A stretch of DNA of 63,539 nucleotides, filler included, from Octopus bimaculoides (lineage: Eukaryota), in assembly GCF_001194135.2 (NCBI RefSeq). It is 6 parts of 6 records of this genome, joined end to end, with 100 filler letters (N's around TTAATTAATTAA, not from the genome) between each part and the next. Parts side by side here need not be neighbours in the genome. Positions count along the whole stretch, not along the records: positions 15,333 to 30,184 come from NC_068982.1; positions 30,285 to 59,272 come from NC_068989.1; 4 more parts are not named here. One strand, written 5' to 3'. This document shows positions 23,307 to 36,639 of the stretch, one piece after another. Both the position numbers and the translations under genes were made by a program. Position 1 is the first letter of the stretch; every line of letters begins with the position of its first letter. Below the pieces are notes generated by a model. That model made no database searches. It was not told the DNA's origin and saw only the letters and a program-made list of their open reading frames with translations.

Positions 23307-26300
23307 TGCTTTTTCTTTGTTGAAGAATGTATTTAATTAGACTTAATTAGACTAGCAATTAGCGTCATCAAGATTTGAACAATATGGTTTCAAAGTCACA
23401 AGACAAGAACAAGAATAGAAGGTAGGGGAAAGATCAAGGAAGTATTAAGTCTGTTTGCAACAAAAATATCCTCCAAAAGTGATGAAGTTATGTCATGTTT
23501 GTGTATGAAGTCTAATATTTGTGGAGAATTTACAAAGGCTGCAAAAATGGGGATATGCTCTGCCTTGTGTAGTATCAGTATACATGAATATTAGATTATA
23601 AAATACCTGAAAGAAAAGGTAGTGAAAGGAAAATTGGTAGAAATGGAGAAAATTGGTAGAAATAGGAGACTGCACTGGGATGTCATATGATTCATTTAAA
23701 GGATGACAATTGGGCAAAAAGTATCAAGCAAAGTGGAAGAGCAACAGGCAGAAGAGTGAGAAAAACATATATTCAATCATTCATTAATTTTAACCATTTT
23801 CCCATCATAGCAGACATTTGGAAGGTGAATTACTTGAGGCAGGATTTGAAAAGCCAAATGCTCTCCCAGTCACTAGCCCTTACCTGTTTTTTTTTTTTTT
23901 TTTTTTTAAGTGAGGAATTTTCATTCCAGAAATCTTTGACTGTGTAGAGTGACTAGTACAATATCAACATCACCATTTTTGTTTTAGCCAGTGATAATGT
24001 TTTAGCCAGTGATAAATGTGGAATATCAACCTTCATGTACATTTGTGTACACTTGCACACAACATATGCATACACACATGCATGTACACACACACACACA
24101 CAAACACGAACACACATGCACAACTGCTGTTCTGTGGTTTCTGTCTTCTAAATTCCTTCCCATAACATTAATCAACCCATGGCTATAATAGAAGACATTT
24201 CCTCAAGGTGTCATGTTAGAGGTACAGCACTAAAGAACAAGAGATATATTATTTATAGAAGAACTGGATGTAGTATTTATGTGCTAAAAGCATGTGTTGA
24301 ATGGGATCCAATTTAGAAAAAGAATGATTAGTTATCCAGTGAATGAATTATTTTTTGGTTTTTGACTTATTTACAGTTTTAGGCTCTAAATTGTTTTGAT
24401 GGTGAAAGGAGAAAAGAAAACCACAAGTGATGAGTTATTACTCCCTCTTATCTCAGCCACTGTAAGTACCCCAGATGAAAGTCAATGAGTTATAGGTAGT
24501 CTTCTATGATGCCAGTTATGATCTGAGGAAGAAGGGGTAACAGGATTATGTTCCAGATGATAAGGTTCATACCTCTGTTTGATCCAGAAACAGGCCTGCA
24601 CCAGACTGAGCAGACCTTTGATCAAAGGCATTCCAGCCATGATCATCTCCCCACATTCCCAAGTATTATGCATCAAGGATTATGTTGATCAATGTCTCTT
24701 GCTTTTCTGAGTGGTAGGGTCTAATTTGGGTGGATTTGTCTATTATTTCTAACAAATATAGCAATCACATTGTTGGCTTGTTTCTCAGACAAGCTGAAGA
24801 ACTAAATAAATGAATATGCTGTTGAAAGATTGATTTATCCTCATGCTAAGGGCCCAGTTCGAATGTAACTGTTTAATTTACATACCTGCATGGAGCAATA
24901 GGCAAGCTGCAAGGCTCCTATACAGAATGATAGCTACAGAGTGTTTTGGAAGCATTTTAAAAATTCAGACTTCTATTCTATAATTTATACCTCCAAACTA
25001 ATTACTTAGTTTTTAAATTACCTGGCCCTTCAATTATTTTATTGTCCATAACTCAAACAGCACAACTTTCTTTCCTCTCTGTCAAACAAAAAGGTCAACA
25101 CACTAGATTCTTCACTTTTCACAATAACTGAACTTAACAAATTCTTTTATAAATTCTTTTGTGGACCTTTTCATTAAGAAGTTCTTTTATTTCCTTACTA
25201 AAACTATTTACTTTCCTTTTAAAGACAATGTATTGTCTATCACTTGATACATCTATTGATAAAGATTTTTGCCACATCTTCCAATGGACATTGGCAAGTT
25301 AGAAATATTTACTGATTTTAAAACATCAGTTTACTTCATTCTACAAGCAGAACTGTTCCCCACCTCCTCAAATTTCACATTCAGGACAATGTTCATTAAA
25401 CATGCTAGGACTTGTTATTTCCTGCAATCTCTTCACAGAACTTTATATTCTCAACATCAGAAAAATCTTATGAAGCAGACTTGGTGCTTTAGCTTAGCAA
25501 TTATGTAAGTGAGACAGTGCATTTATATTAAATATATTTTAGTTTTGATTTCAAAAAGTGGTCCAATTTTTAAAAATTTCCAATGCTGTCTTGTTGAAAT
25601 AGAACAAAATTTAAAATACCATATTGTTTTGAAAGCTATATGGGAAGTAATATATATTTCCATTTGAGTGCACATGTACACACACTATATCAGATTTTTG
25701 GCATACAGCCCTCAGCACATATGTAAGTGGTAGGATGCACGTAGGTTTGTACGTAGATTTCTTTTTGAATATTTCTTTTGCAATTCAGTAATTCACATGC
25801 AATTACATAATGAGTAACAAGATGAGCTAATGAATGGAAAATAGTTAACAATTGTGTAGATAGTGGAAGAAATAAAAATGAAAATAGAAGAAAAAAAGGG
25901 AGAAAGAAGATAAGAAAGAAAAGTAAATGAGACGGTAAATAGTATAGAATAAATAGAACAGAAAGAAAAAGAAATAAGAGGAAATTAGAAACAAAAGATG
26001 AAAGAAAGATGAGGAAAAATACAAATAAAAGAAAACAGAAAAAATGAAAAGAAAGAAAAACTAACAAGAAGAAAGAGCTATAGAATAGAAATAGTTTGTA
26101 ATGAGAAGAAAGACAGCTGTTTGTGTTCAGATATCATATAAGGAAAACTGTTGTAAAAATACTGAACCAGATCATTTTGAACAAGTCTAGGGAATAAAAA
26201 AACTCAAGTAGGGCAAAAGTGAACCAATCTAGGGAATACAACACAATTAGGACAAAAGTGATATGATAGTGGCCTACTGAATAGTGTTTAGTTTCAGGTG

Positions 26301-26619
26301 TATTTCATTCTTAATTTAATAAGACTGACCAATAGTAGAAAGATAAGACAACAAACACCTACATTTCTTGCCAAATACCTACATATATTTATGAATGCAC
26401 AAACATATTTATTGTTGGTTCATTTTTTTCATTGTCAAATGGTGACCAGTGGTTTCATCCAATATGGGATGAAACAACTGGCCAATGTTAAACACTGAAA
26501 GTTTCAACTGCCACAAAAAATTTTTAGTCAATGAATCTATTGAATTCTCTGTCTGTGAGCGACTGGTACATAATATTCCCTACATAGTAATGTGCATGCA
26601 TGCATGCCTACATACATAT

Positions 26620-26770
26620 TGCAGGTGTGGCTGTGTGGTAAGAAACTTGATTCTCAACCATGTGGTTTTGCATTCAATCTTGTTGCATGGCACCTTGGGC
26701 AATTGTGAGTGGATTTGATAAACAGAAAGTGAAAGAAGCTTGTTATATGTGCATGTGTGTATATGTATGG
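26620..26770 (+). mobile_element. SINE family B 5' fragment
   Basis: gcaggtgtggctgtgtggtaagaaacttg..caccttgggc. Confidence 0.75.
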
Positions 26771-26771
26771 G

Positions 26772-26773
<2 letters not shown>

Positions 26774-26862
<89 letters not shown>
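26774..26862. repeat. (CT)n microsatellite
   Basis: Direct reading. Confidence 0.95.
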
Positions 26863-26865
<3 letters not shown>

Positions 26866-27699
26866 AAACCTTGAATCTTTCCCTCTCCTTAATGACAACA
26901 AATCTAGATTTCAGAAAGTTAGATCCACTGGAGAGCTATTCTTCTATATTACTGAGTAGTAGGCTTTCACCCTTGAGGAATTTTGATGAAAGCAGTGCCA
27001 TTTTCTGCAGCAAAGCTATCAAGCATGTCTGGCACACAAATCTCCAGACACAAGTGCCTATATTTGGCCGCCAGTCATCTCTCAGAATAGTGATTTCTTG
27101 TTGTTGCAAGTACTGAAGGAGTTCAGTTTTATACTCCATGCTCATTCTCCAACACAACAATAACCTCTTTGAAATGAACTGATGGAGAAGTGTGTATATT
27201 TCAAATATTTATATTGAAGGAAAGGTGATCATGAGAGTGATACATTTTCATAAAGTTAATCAATATAAAATTAGAAAAATTAGAAGTGGTGAGAAGATTG
27301 TTATGAGTAAGAAATACACAAAAGCACAAATTTTTGAAGATATGGTCAGGAAGATTGAAAAACAGATAAGAGATTGGTGGGGGAGGGGAGAAGAAACTTA
27401 TACATAACAAAAAAATATGTAGAAAGTATGATAAGGAGGAAAATCAAGAGAAACATGGTTAAGATAGCATGTTATGACAAATCAAAGGTTGAAACAAAAA
27501 AGTATTTGACAAATGAAGAATCTGAAGGGGATTCAATAAGATATCTTATGGTAGATAATAAGTTATCTGCTGGAAGTAATACTCATTGGATAGTACTAGA
27601 ATAAACACAGGGACAATGTACATTAATCACACACAAAAATAAACACTTGACTGATGACATATAAATTTAACTGTCAAAATTCAAACTCTGATGGTACTA

Positions 27700-28140
27700 T
27701 CAAGTTTACACTGATTACATTGGTGATAATAATTGTCTGGGATTTGGTGGTCTTCTCATTCTTTCAGGATATTGAAAAAGCCTGGTTTTGAGAGCTAGCT
27801 CTCCATGGTTTTGTAATTTAAGGAAAATGTTGTCTGAACCTGGGGATGTTGGTGGTTTCATATGGTGGTTATTTTCAAATTCTTGGTATGATGATTGCAC
27901 ACTCATCTATAGTTGCTCAGGGTGATATGAGACATGTCTCAAGAAATCTGCTGTTGTTGAATCTTGATTCAGCAGTAAAGAAAAGCACCTCTTTCCAGCA
28001 TTCAAGTATACCTTGTGGCTCTATCAGAATGTTGGTGTTGCCTGTAGCTAGAAATTTGCCCACTGATGTCTGTACTGGATCAGACATTTGCTTTATTCCA
28101 GCAAAGAAGTTTCTAAGATCACAGGCATTTGCATAGTTTT
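27700..28140 (-). mobile_element. LINE reverse-transcriptase N-terminal remnant
   Basis: K..SPGSDNI..L...G..A...LF resembles the K(A/S)PG.D.I motif preceding LINE RT domains; many stops. Confidence 0.55.
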
Positions 28141-28789
28141 GAAACTCAATTGTTTAATGTTGCCATCAGTTGTTCTGTGTTTCTCTGAAATTTTTATGGG
28201 GAGTTTTTCTAAATCTTAATCTTGGGTTTTGCTTGAGTTACATCTGAGTAATTCACTTTTCATCATTGACCTGGTTGATTTCATTGTTATTCTCATTAAA
28301 AAAAATGCATACTTCTATTTTTTTTTTTTTCTCATTTTGTGAAACAATGACACTTTCACTGATTCAGTGATGATGTTTCAATTCCATGACCATTCTTAGT
28401 CAAGAGAATAACGGTTAAGGAAGGGATATGCATTGAACTGTAACTGAACCGTTTGTTTCTAGGTTTGTCTTGAATGGTGAAAGAGTAAACTTAGTCATGA
28501 CAAATGTTTTGCTAAGTTGAAAAGAAGAGATTCTGCTGCCATTAGGGAAATGAGTGGGCTCAGCATGCAGAAAAGGAATTGGTAGAAATTCCATACAACA
28601 AATCCAGTGTAAACAATGGATGGGATCACAGGTAGGCTAACAGTAAAAGTACATTCATATGTGGCAGAAAGACAGGGTCATTAAGTACAAAGAGAACCCA
28701 GAGAACCATTTCTTTCAACTGTTAATAAGGTTCCCAACAATTAGGCAATAGTTTCTGTTATGTAAGCAGTCTAATATCAATAGAAAGAA

Positions 28790-29040
28790 ATGCTCAGGAA
28801 GTATAACAGCCAGAATAAGAAAGGTTAGAAAAAGTTCAAGGCACTGCTACCCCTACTGGAAAAGGGCTTCACCATCAGAGTAAAGGGCTAATTATATAGT
28901 GCTTGTGTGGAAAATGCAATGCAACATAGTAGTGAGATTTGGACTTGCAGAGGATATCTGAAGACTAGAAATAAATGAAGTGAGCAAGCTTTGTTGAAAA
29001 TGTAATGTTAGTATAATTATTGACAAAGTACAAATGAATG
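28790..29040 (+). mobile_element. RTE-type LINE RT C-terminal remnant
   Basis: ITARIRKG*KKFKALLPLL..RVKG*LYSACV..M..SSEIW matches the RTE ARI..GW.KF..L.P.L..KG.LY..CV..SE.W pattern. Confidence 0.7.
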
Positions 29041-29044
29041 AGAG

Positions 29045-29190
29045 AATATATCATCATCATCGTTTAATGTCCGCATTCCATGCTGGCATGGGTTGGACGA
29101 TTTGACTAAGGACTGGCGAACCAGATGGCTGCACCAGGCTCCAATCTGATCTGGTAGTTTCTACAGCTGGATGCTCTTCTTAACGCCAAC
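29045..29190 (-). mobile_element. RTE-type LINE 3' UTR
   Basis: Reverse complement of 15655-15794 including the (GAT)n tail. Confidence 0.8.
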
Positions 29191-29337
29191 ACAAAAACAA
29201 AATACTGAGACAGGTTAGGGAACAACAAACAAGGTGTATTAGATTGGTGCTGAGGAAAAATGGAAGAAGTCTTTGACATTTCAAGCTTACAGAGATACTC
29301 TGGTGTATGTAATTTTGGATTTTGTCCCTAATAATAT

Positions 29338-29376
<39 letters not shown>

Positions 29377-30284
29377 ACAGTATCACTGTATTGATCAGAG
29401 ACTCAGATGTTGATATACACCACTGATTATGATGGGCTTCCTTGCATTGTTGTAGTTATTGAATGATACCACCCCACTGGCTAGGTGGGCAGACCAACAT
29501 TCCTTCTGAACAGGAGGACTGGAGCAATGAGAAATGAGGTGATTTGCTTAATAACACAATGCACCACAGGTCAGGGAATCAAAACTGCAATCTTGTAATT
29601 ATCAGTGTAATACTCTAGTCATCACATCATGTGCCTTCACACACACACACACACACACACACTTGATGACCTAACTGATGGCAATACAACAAAAAATACC
29701 ACCCAGTACACACTGTAAAGCAGTTGAAGTTAGGAAGGACATCCAGCTGCAGAAATCATACCAAAGCAGTCAAACTGTCCAAACAATGCTAATATAGAAA
29801 CCAAACGTTAAATGATTGATGATGATGATGATGGTGATGATGATGGTGGTGATGATGATGATGAGGAGGAGGAGGAAGGGGAGGACGATAACATATTGTT
29901 TTACATCCATTCTCCATACTTGCAAGTCTTAGATAAATACATATTACGGAGACGTTGTTTTTACTGTCAGATGGTTTTCCTGTTGTTTTTCAAGTAAGGA
30001 AATTTTTCTTGTTCCACTCGTCTTTGAAAGTGCAGAGATAGCAGGCAATTTGTTGACAGGGTAAATATCAACAAACATCTCTGCTCATAGGTATGTGATG
30101 TTTTGGAGAAGTACAGGATGTAAACATTCAAATGGACACACAGACACATATACAATGTGTGTGTGTATATATATATATATATATNNNNNNNNNNNNNNNN
30201 NNNNNNNNNNNNNNNNNNNNNNNNNNNNTTAATTAATTAANNNNNNNNNNNNNNNNNNNNNNNNNNNNNNNNNNNNNNNNNNNN

Positions 30285-30348
30285 AGAGTCAGGATGCCGC
30301 TAATCATCTTATCCGACGTCCAAACAATTCTACCAGATTGCCGCCGCC
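30285..30348 (-). mobile_element. SINE family A head fragment
   Basis: Reverse complement aaggcggcggcaatctggtagaattgtttggacgtcgg. Confidence 0.6.
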
Positions 30349-30391
<43 letters not shown>

Positions 30392-30392
30392 C

Positions 30393-30444
<52 letters not shown>

Positions 30445-30461
30445 TAATAATAGTAATAGTA

Positions 30462-30518
<57 letters not shown>
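30349..30518. repeat. (ATT)n switching to (AAT)n: self-complementary microsatellite
   Basis: Direct reading; switch near 30392. Confidence 0.9.
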
Positions 30519-31014
30519 GACAACAAATGGAGCCTAAAATAACTGACAAAGCGTTGGACGTTATCCGAGTAATGCTCATTAAAATTTATTTAGATTTGCC
30601 GAATGAAACGATGTATTTTAACTGTTTCACCACCGTCACTCGCACAACACGTGTAAACACGTTCGCCACACTGATAAATCACTGGACTACACCCGAGTAA
30701 GTAATACTCATTAAAAGTGTTGGACTATATCCGAGTAAATACATATTGGACTATATCCGATTAAGTACAAATCACAAGCACATAGGTACGTGAACTAATT
30801 AATTACGTATACACCCATTTTTACGTGAAAACATTTTAATATTTCAAAATAACATAAGGTAATGTATAAACAAGCGCCCACACACACATAAGCGAATCTA
30901 ATAAAAACAAACGACAGAGACTAGTCATTATTGATCACAAAAGCATTATATATATATATATTAAACAAATATATACCCCACCCCCCACCCCACTAAAAAT
31001 AGGGGTGAATATTA

Positions 31015-31182
31015 GATTTTTGCAGTTCTATATTCAAGAGATGAGGAATTATGTACATAATTTACATTATTTACAATTGACGGATATTTGTCCTCATCTT
31101 GTTTGTTGCTAACACAACGTTTCGGCTGATATACCCTCCAGCCTTCATCTTGGGGAAATTTCGAACCTGGGTTCTCATTCCT
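31015..31182 (-). mobile_element. Penelope-like terminal repeat with hammerhead core partly deleted
   Basis: Reverse complement matches 19558-19680 but lacks 7 nt (acacctg); stem II reads GGCTG/CAGCC. Confidence 0.75.
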
Positions 31183-31295
31183 GTTGCCAAAATTTGAAAT
31201 CAACATTTTGAAAAGCCTGGCAGCAAGCTGGCAAGATCGTTAACACGACGGGCAAAATGCCTATAAGCATTTCATCCATCATTGTGGGTTCAAAG

Positions 31296-31380
31296 AAGGC
31301 TGGAGGGTATATCAGCTGAAACGTTGTGTTAACAACAAACAAGATGAGGGCAAATATCCGTCAAATGTAAATAATGTAAA
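31296..31380 (+). mobile_element. 5'-truncated copy of the same Penelope-like terminal repeat, preceded by a SINE A head (~31215-31290)
   Basis: gaaggctggagggtatatcagctgaaacgttgtgttaacaacaaacaagatgag. Confidence 0.75.
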
Positions 31381-31619
31381 TTAGTTTTTTGTTTGTTTCT
31401 TTGTCTCGTTTGACTACATTTATTTGTTTTTAATTATACAAGCATTGCTCTATCAAATTAGAGCATTAGAGCAGAAGAAAACAACATAGCATGGTATGTA
31501 AAAAAATTCCACAGAACCGCTATTATTGGAAGTAAGAAGGTCAGGCTTGTGTAGAATGGAAGCTTGCAAAGATAAAACACTGTACAAGCATTTGAGAATA
31601 AATGAAACTGAAAATATGT

Positions 31620-32410
31620 GGATAAAGAATGGATGGATGGACAATTTCATAGGGATGTTGAAGATAAGACAGACAGAGAAAAAAGACGGCTACGGATGAC
31701 TAAGTGTAAATTAAAACTGGAAACAGAGGCCCTAATCTGTGCTGTCCAAGAGCACGCATTATGAATGAATTACATCAATTACAGAATAGTCAACACATCA
31801 AAAAGGGATAAGTGCAACATTCGTGGACAAAATGGTGAAACCCAGAAAGAATATAAGAGACGTCATGACAATATAACAAGGATTGTCCATTGAACGCTTT
31901 GCAACAAGTATGGACTTGACAGGGCAAAAAAGTGGTATGAACATGAACCCGAAGGCATCATCGAAAATAGTAATGCAATGATCCTATGGGATTTTATGAT
32001 TCAGTGAAACCATGAGATAGAGAATAGGAAACCAGACATAGTGTTAATTAAGAAAGAAAGCAAGACGATGCTGGATCATAGATATAGCATGCCCAGTTGA
32101 TAAGAAGGTATGCGATAAGGAAGAAAGAAAATAGATATGACAGGTTAGCTTGGGAGGTTAAGTAGGTGTGGTCACTGAAAAAGGCGTAGCAGTATCAATA
32201 ACTGTCGGAGCCCTGAGAGCAGTGAATAAAACTCTTGAGAAGTACATGGAACAAATAGGGGCTGCGATAATGGTGGAGCATTTGCAGAAGACAGCACTGT
32301 TTGGAACCCGTCGAATATTACCTTAGAATGTTACCTTAGTTCACTGGTAGTGAACAGCTGACACCGTAGTATATGTCCAGCGTTAAAAGTTGTGCAAAGA
32401 TAATAAATTA
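31620..32410 (+). mobile_element. 5'-truncated R4/Dong-type LINE (zinc-knuckle remnant plus RLE domain)
   Basis: GQFHRD..ETEALICAVQEHAL..YKRRHDNI..WYEHEP..ENSNAMILWDF..RKPDIV..IIDIACP..EHLQKTALFGT..IL, with stops and frameshifts. Confidence 0.9.
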
Positions 32411-32481
32411 ATAATGTTTTGTTTTTTAACCACTAACTGTTCACAAAAAGTATTGCAGACGGCATATGAAAATACAATGTT

Positions 32482-33699
32482 GGGATCCTTTCTGTTGCTG
32501 TCGCGGTTTTTAAAATTTTTAAATTAAGTAAAAATTTCAAACTTGGTATCTTGGTGTAATTTTCACGCTGAATGTAATGCTGTTATTCCAGAAAAAAACT
32601 TAGAAAAGCGCAACAGAAGCTTGATAGGTTTACCAATCAGAAAACAGGATTTGGAGCTGGCATTTTGTGCGTCTTAACTGTCGTGCACAACATTAGGAAG
32701 AGAATGAAAGCAACATATTCCCATGACTAAAGATGTAAGAAGTTTTGAAGTTTTAAGGATTTTAAATGAATAAAGTCATGTGACTCGTTGTAGCATGCAG
32801 TATAAAAAGGAGAAATTCTCAATGATTTTGTTTTTCAAAAAACTACAAAAAAAAAACAAGCTGTACGTTAAATTACAACACAAATATATGCAGTGCAGTT
32901 CATGTAAATAATTAAAAGATTTTTGTAGCGAAAATTCAAAAATGAAACATTGAGATACACTCTAGACGTTTTTCAAACAAATTAAAGTTTTGTATCTCCT
33001 GCGCCACTTACTCTTGCAAAAATACGAATCAACCATTGAAAGGTGGGTCCCCACAGCGTCGTTTATTCTCTCGTTTTACACTGACCCATGTGCTTTCCAC
33101 TTGTTGCGTGTGTGTACCATTTTCGGACTTAATAAACACAACGCTGTAGTTCAGTTTTATGCCGAAACTTATAACCATCATTTTCAGAAATGTGAGAGTA
33201 GGCCTTCGAAAAGTCACTGAAACTTGTAGTTCTTGAAATAATCGACTGGTATATGTATTGGCTTAGAGTGTTGCGATTCCGACATGGCACTGCATAAAGA
33301 AAAACATCTTTAGTCTCACTACACACTCCTCCGAAACCTCACTGCTCAGGAAGCATCCTTCAACGCAAGTTCGAATGACAAAAATAAGGTAGTTCATAGG
33401 CACTTGTCATAAAAAATAGACAAGTAAAGACAATACACGTGCTTGTAGTAGTTTAAACAGACTATATCTTGGCTTGTTACAATGGAAACAAGTACCAGTA
33501 TGTTTTTAGCTTTCGATTAGCTAAGATTACCAAAAATTTGCGAACTTTAAAAGCCATTAACTTTTTATTTATTAATTTACGGCTAGAATGTATTTCATTT
33601 CATTTTTAGCATACAGAACGGCGCCAATACACCAAATTTGAAGACAATTGAAACAAAATTTTAAAACTTAATAGTTCTTGCAGCAACAGTAAAGATCCC
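32482..33699 (-). mobile_element. Merlin-superfamily (ISXO2/IS1595-like) DNA transposon relic
   Basis: Imperfect TIRs GGGATC(C/T)TT(T/A)CTGTTGCTG (17/19). The minus strand at ~33040-33345 encodes FGGVCSETKDVFLYAVPCRNRNTL..SDFSKAY..GY.. and NYS..F..ENGTHTQQVESTW..KRENKRRCG. Confidence 0.8.
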
Positions 33700-33789
33700 T
33701 ATGTAGGGTTACATAAAACGAAGCGTGGAAACAGTGAGAACGAGATGAAATAAATTTTAATGACGAAAATTTCCTCCAAAGTGTCTGCT

Positions 33790-34430
33790 TGTGGAATTCC
33801 CCACAAAACCACGAAGGACCCCTCCACATCGACTTCCTTCAATCTGCAGGGGCATGTTTAGAGTAAGACAGTTACCTCAGGCCATTCTTGGCACATTCAC
33901 CCACCTTTCAATAAAATTACTGGGAGGCAGCACTTCGCCCTCTACTCTCACCCTCCTTTCTAATTGAAATTTGGAAAAAGTAAACGAGGGCTTGGCCAAG
34001 GAGAAAAGAATCTGTCTTCAGCCCTTTCGATCTGGTCCACTACACAACTACTTTCTCTAAGGCCACTTCCATGCTTGTACAGTTTATCCTGAACCGGTAA
34101 TACTATCTGATAGCACTGCCAGAGCAGAGGTTTCTGGAAATTATCCATGATCCCTGGCTCGAAAGTCTCTCGAAACAAACCTACCTGTTGATTCTCGTCG
34201 ACACTCAGAATCTCCCCGAGAACGTCGGTGCACTGACCCTCCACTAACCTTCTATAGAATGTCCAAGTGGAAATTTTACCAACTTCACTGCCCAATTGAC
34301 AGAGGACTGTGAGTGACGACGGCACTCTAGGTACCAAGTGCCCTGTCTCGGTATACGCTTGATCCAGGACTGCAGTTTAGTGAAAGAGGCGAGATGTTGG
34401 AAGAGCGAGTCTAACAAACGGGAGAGGGGG
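33790..34430 (-). mobile_element. Tx1/L1-clade LINE ORF2 3' remnant
   Basis: DNFQKPLLWQCYQIVLPVQDKLYKHGS and FKFQLERRVRVEGEVLPPSNFIERWVNVPRMA typical of Tx1-type C-termini; internal deletion. Confidence 0.8.
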
Positions 34431-34590
34431 CCAGTAGATTATATCGACCATAGTACGCAACTGGTACTTAATTTATCAATAGGATGAAAGGCAAGTCGAC
34501 CTCGGCGGAATTTGAACTCAGAGCATAAAGACAGACGAAATACTGCTAAACATTTCGCCCTGCCTGCTAACGATTTTGCCATCTCACCAC
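34430..34590 (-). mobile_element. SINE family A
   Basis: Reverse complement of the consensus, CpGs largely intact. Confidence 0.85.
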
Positions 34591-34828
<238 letters not shown>

Positions 34829-35574
34829 AGGATAAATTCTCAGACACAAAGATATAGAATACCTAATATCATTTGGTTAAAACATACTAAATCAGATATT
34901 ATTATACATTTCTGCATTTATTAGATAAATATTTTCAGTAGAATATTAAATATCATGAAATATTAAATAAGATATTTTTTTTTTCTTTTTGATAAATTTT
35001 AGCTGTATATGTAATTTTACAAGAGAATTAACACATAGAAAATATTCCAGAAAACTACTGATAAAGAGTGCCCTGTATGTACAGTATGAACATTAAAAAA
35101 TTAGTCATTCAAAATGGATAGTCTGTTTGGCATAAAGCAGAAACAATCCATTTAATAATAGATTGCTGTGGAATGATAAGAGAGATATGCAGACAGATAT
35201 ATAACTGACAACACGGGACTTACATACTGCAAATTTTATTATTCGACTATTCACATATATAACGTTGAGAATTTTGATACAGTAAAATCCTTAAAGCAAA
35301 ACTTTACATGCTTGCGGGCAGAGAGAGCAGATATCTGGAATGCGGGAAAAGCACGCAATAAATATGAAACAACTGAATATAAATAATGGTTTTTGACTAA
35401 GGTACAAAGTCAGCAAATTTCAGAGGAACAGCTTCGTCAGGGACATCGACACCCGTACTTTGGTAGTACCTGTATTATCTACCTAAAATGGGATGAAAGA
35501 ACAATGTGGTCGCTAAGGCATTTGAACTTAGAATATAAAGAGCCGGAAAAATACCGTAAGACATTTTACCGCAC

Positions 35575-35605
<31 letters not shown>

Positions 35606-35651
35606 TTTTTTTTTTAAGTTTCAGCTTAGAGCTGCGGCCATGCTGATGCAC

Positions 35652-35820
35652 CACCGTGTTGCAGTAACTGGTCCTGAAGCGCGATGGCATTGCTGGGATC
35701 TTTGGCACTATGCCGTGTCGTCCCGTTCTGGCATTGGCGTAGCTTTCAATGCCAAAATTTGGCACAATTCCTTCCAGGATCTTCCAGATGTATATTACTG
35801 CATACCTCTCCCGCCTTCTA
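35652..35820 (-). mobile_element. CR1/L2-group LINE C-terminal fragment
   Basis: RRRERYAVIYIWKILEGIVPNFGI matches the RRERY.IIY.WKILEG.VPN motif; runs into an N gap. Confidence 0.75.
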
Positions 35821-36639
35821 TATGTATATATATATATATATGTGTATATATATANNNNNNNNNNNNNNNNNNNNNNNNNNNNNNNNNNNNNNNNNNNNNN
35901 NNNNNNNNNNNNNNNNNNNNNNNNNNNNNNNNNNNNNNNNNNNNNNNNNNNNNNNNNNNNNNNNNNNNNNNNNNNNNNNNNNNNNNNNNNNNNNNNNNNN
36001 NNNNNNNNNNNNNNNNNNNNNNNNNNNNNNNNNNNNNNNNNNNNNNNNNNNNNNNNNNNNNNNNNNNNNNNNNNNNNNNNNNNNNNNNNNNNNNNNNNNN
36101 NNNNNNNNNNNNNNNNNNNNNNNNNNNNNNNNNNNNNNNNNNNNNNNNNNNNNNNNNNNNNNNNNNNNNNNNNNNNNNNNNNNNNNNNNNNNNNNNNNNN
36201 NNNNNNNNNNNNNNNNNNNNNNNNNNNNNNNNNNNNNNNNNNNNNNNNNNNNNNNNNNNNNNNNNNNNNNNNNNNNNNNNNNNNNNNNNNNNNNNNNNNN
36301 NNNNNNNNNNNNNNNNNNNNNNNNNNNNNNNNNNNNNNNNNNNNNNNNNNNNNNNNNNNNNNNNNNNNNNNNNNNNNNNNNNNNNNNNNNNNNNNNNNNN
36401 NNNNNNNNNNNNNNNNNNNNNNNNNNNNNNNNNNNNNNNNNNNNNNNNNNNNNNNNNNNNNNNNNNNNNNNNNNNNNNNNNNNNNNNNNNNNNNNNNNNN
36501 NNNNNNNNNNNNNNNNNNNNNNNNNNNNNNNNNNNNNNNNNNNNNNNNNNNNNNNNNNNNNNNNNNNNNNNNNNNNNNNNNNNNNNNNNNNNNNNNNNNN
36601 NNNNNNNNNNNNNNNNNNNNNNNNNNNNNNNNNNNATAT

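Noticed and set aside
26870-27160. Minus-strand ORF possibly from a DNA transposase
   Set aside because: No diagnostic motif I could name; left unassigned.
27648-27685. TTGA-CTGATGA...CTGTC-AAAA-T-TCAA hammerhead-like string
   Set aside because: Lacks G12 of GAAA and a proper stem II or III; at best a heavily decayed relic.
35410-35445. Minus-strand CTGACGA...GAAATTT hammerhead-like string
   Set aside because: Only a 2-bp stem II and no stem I.
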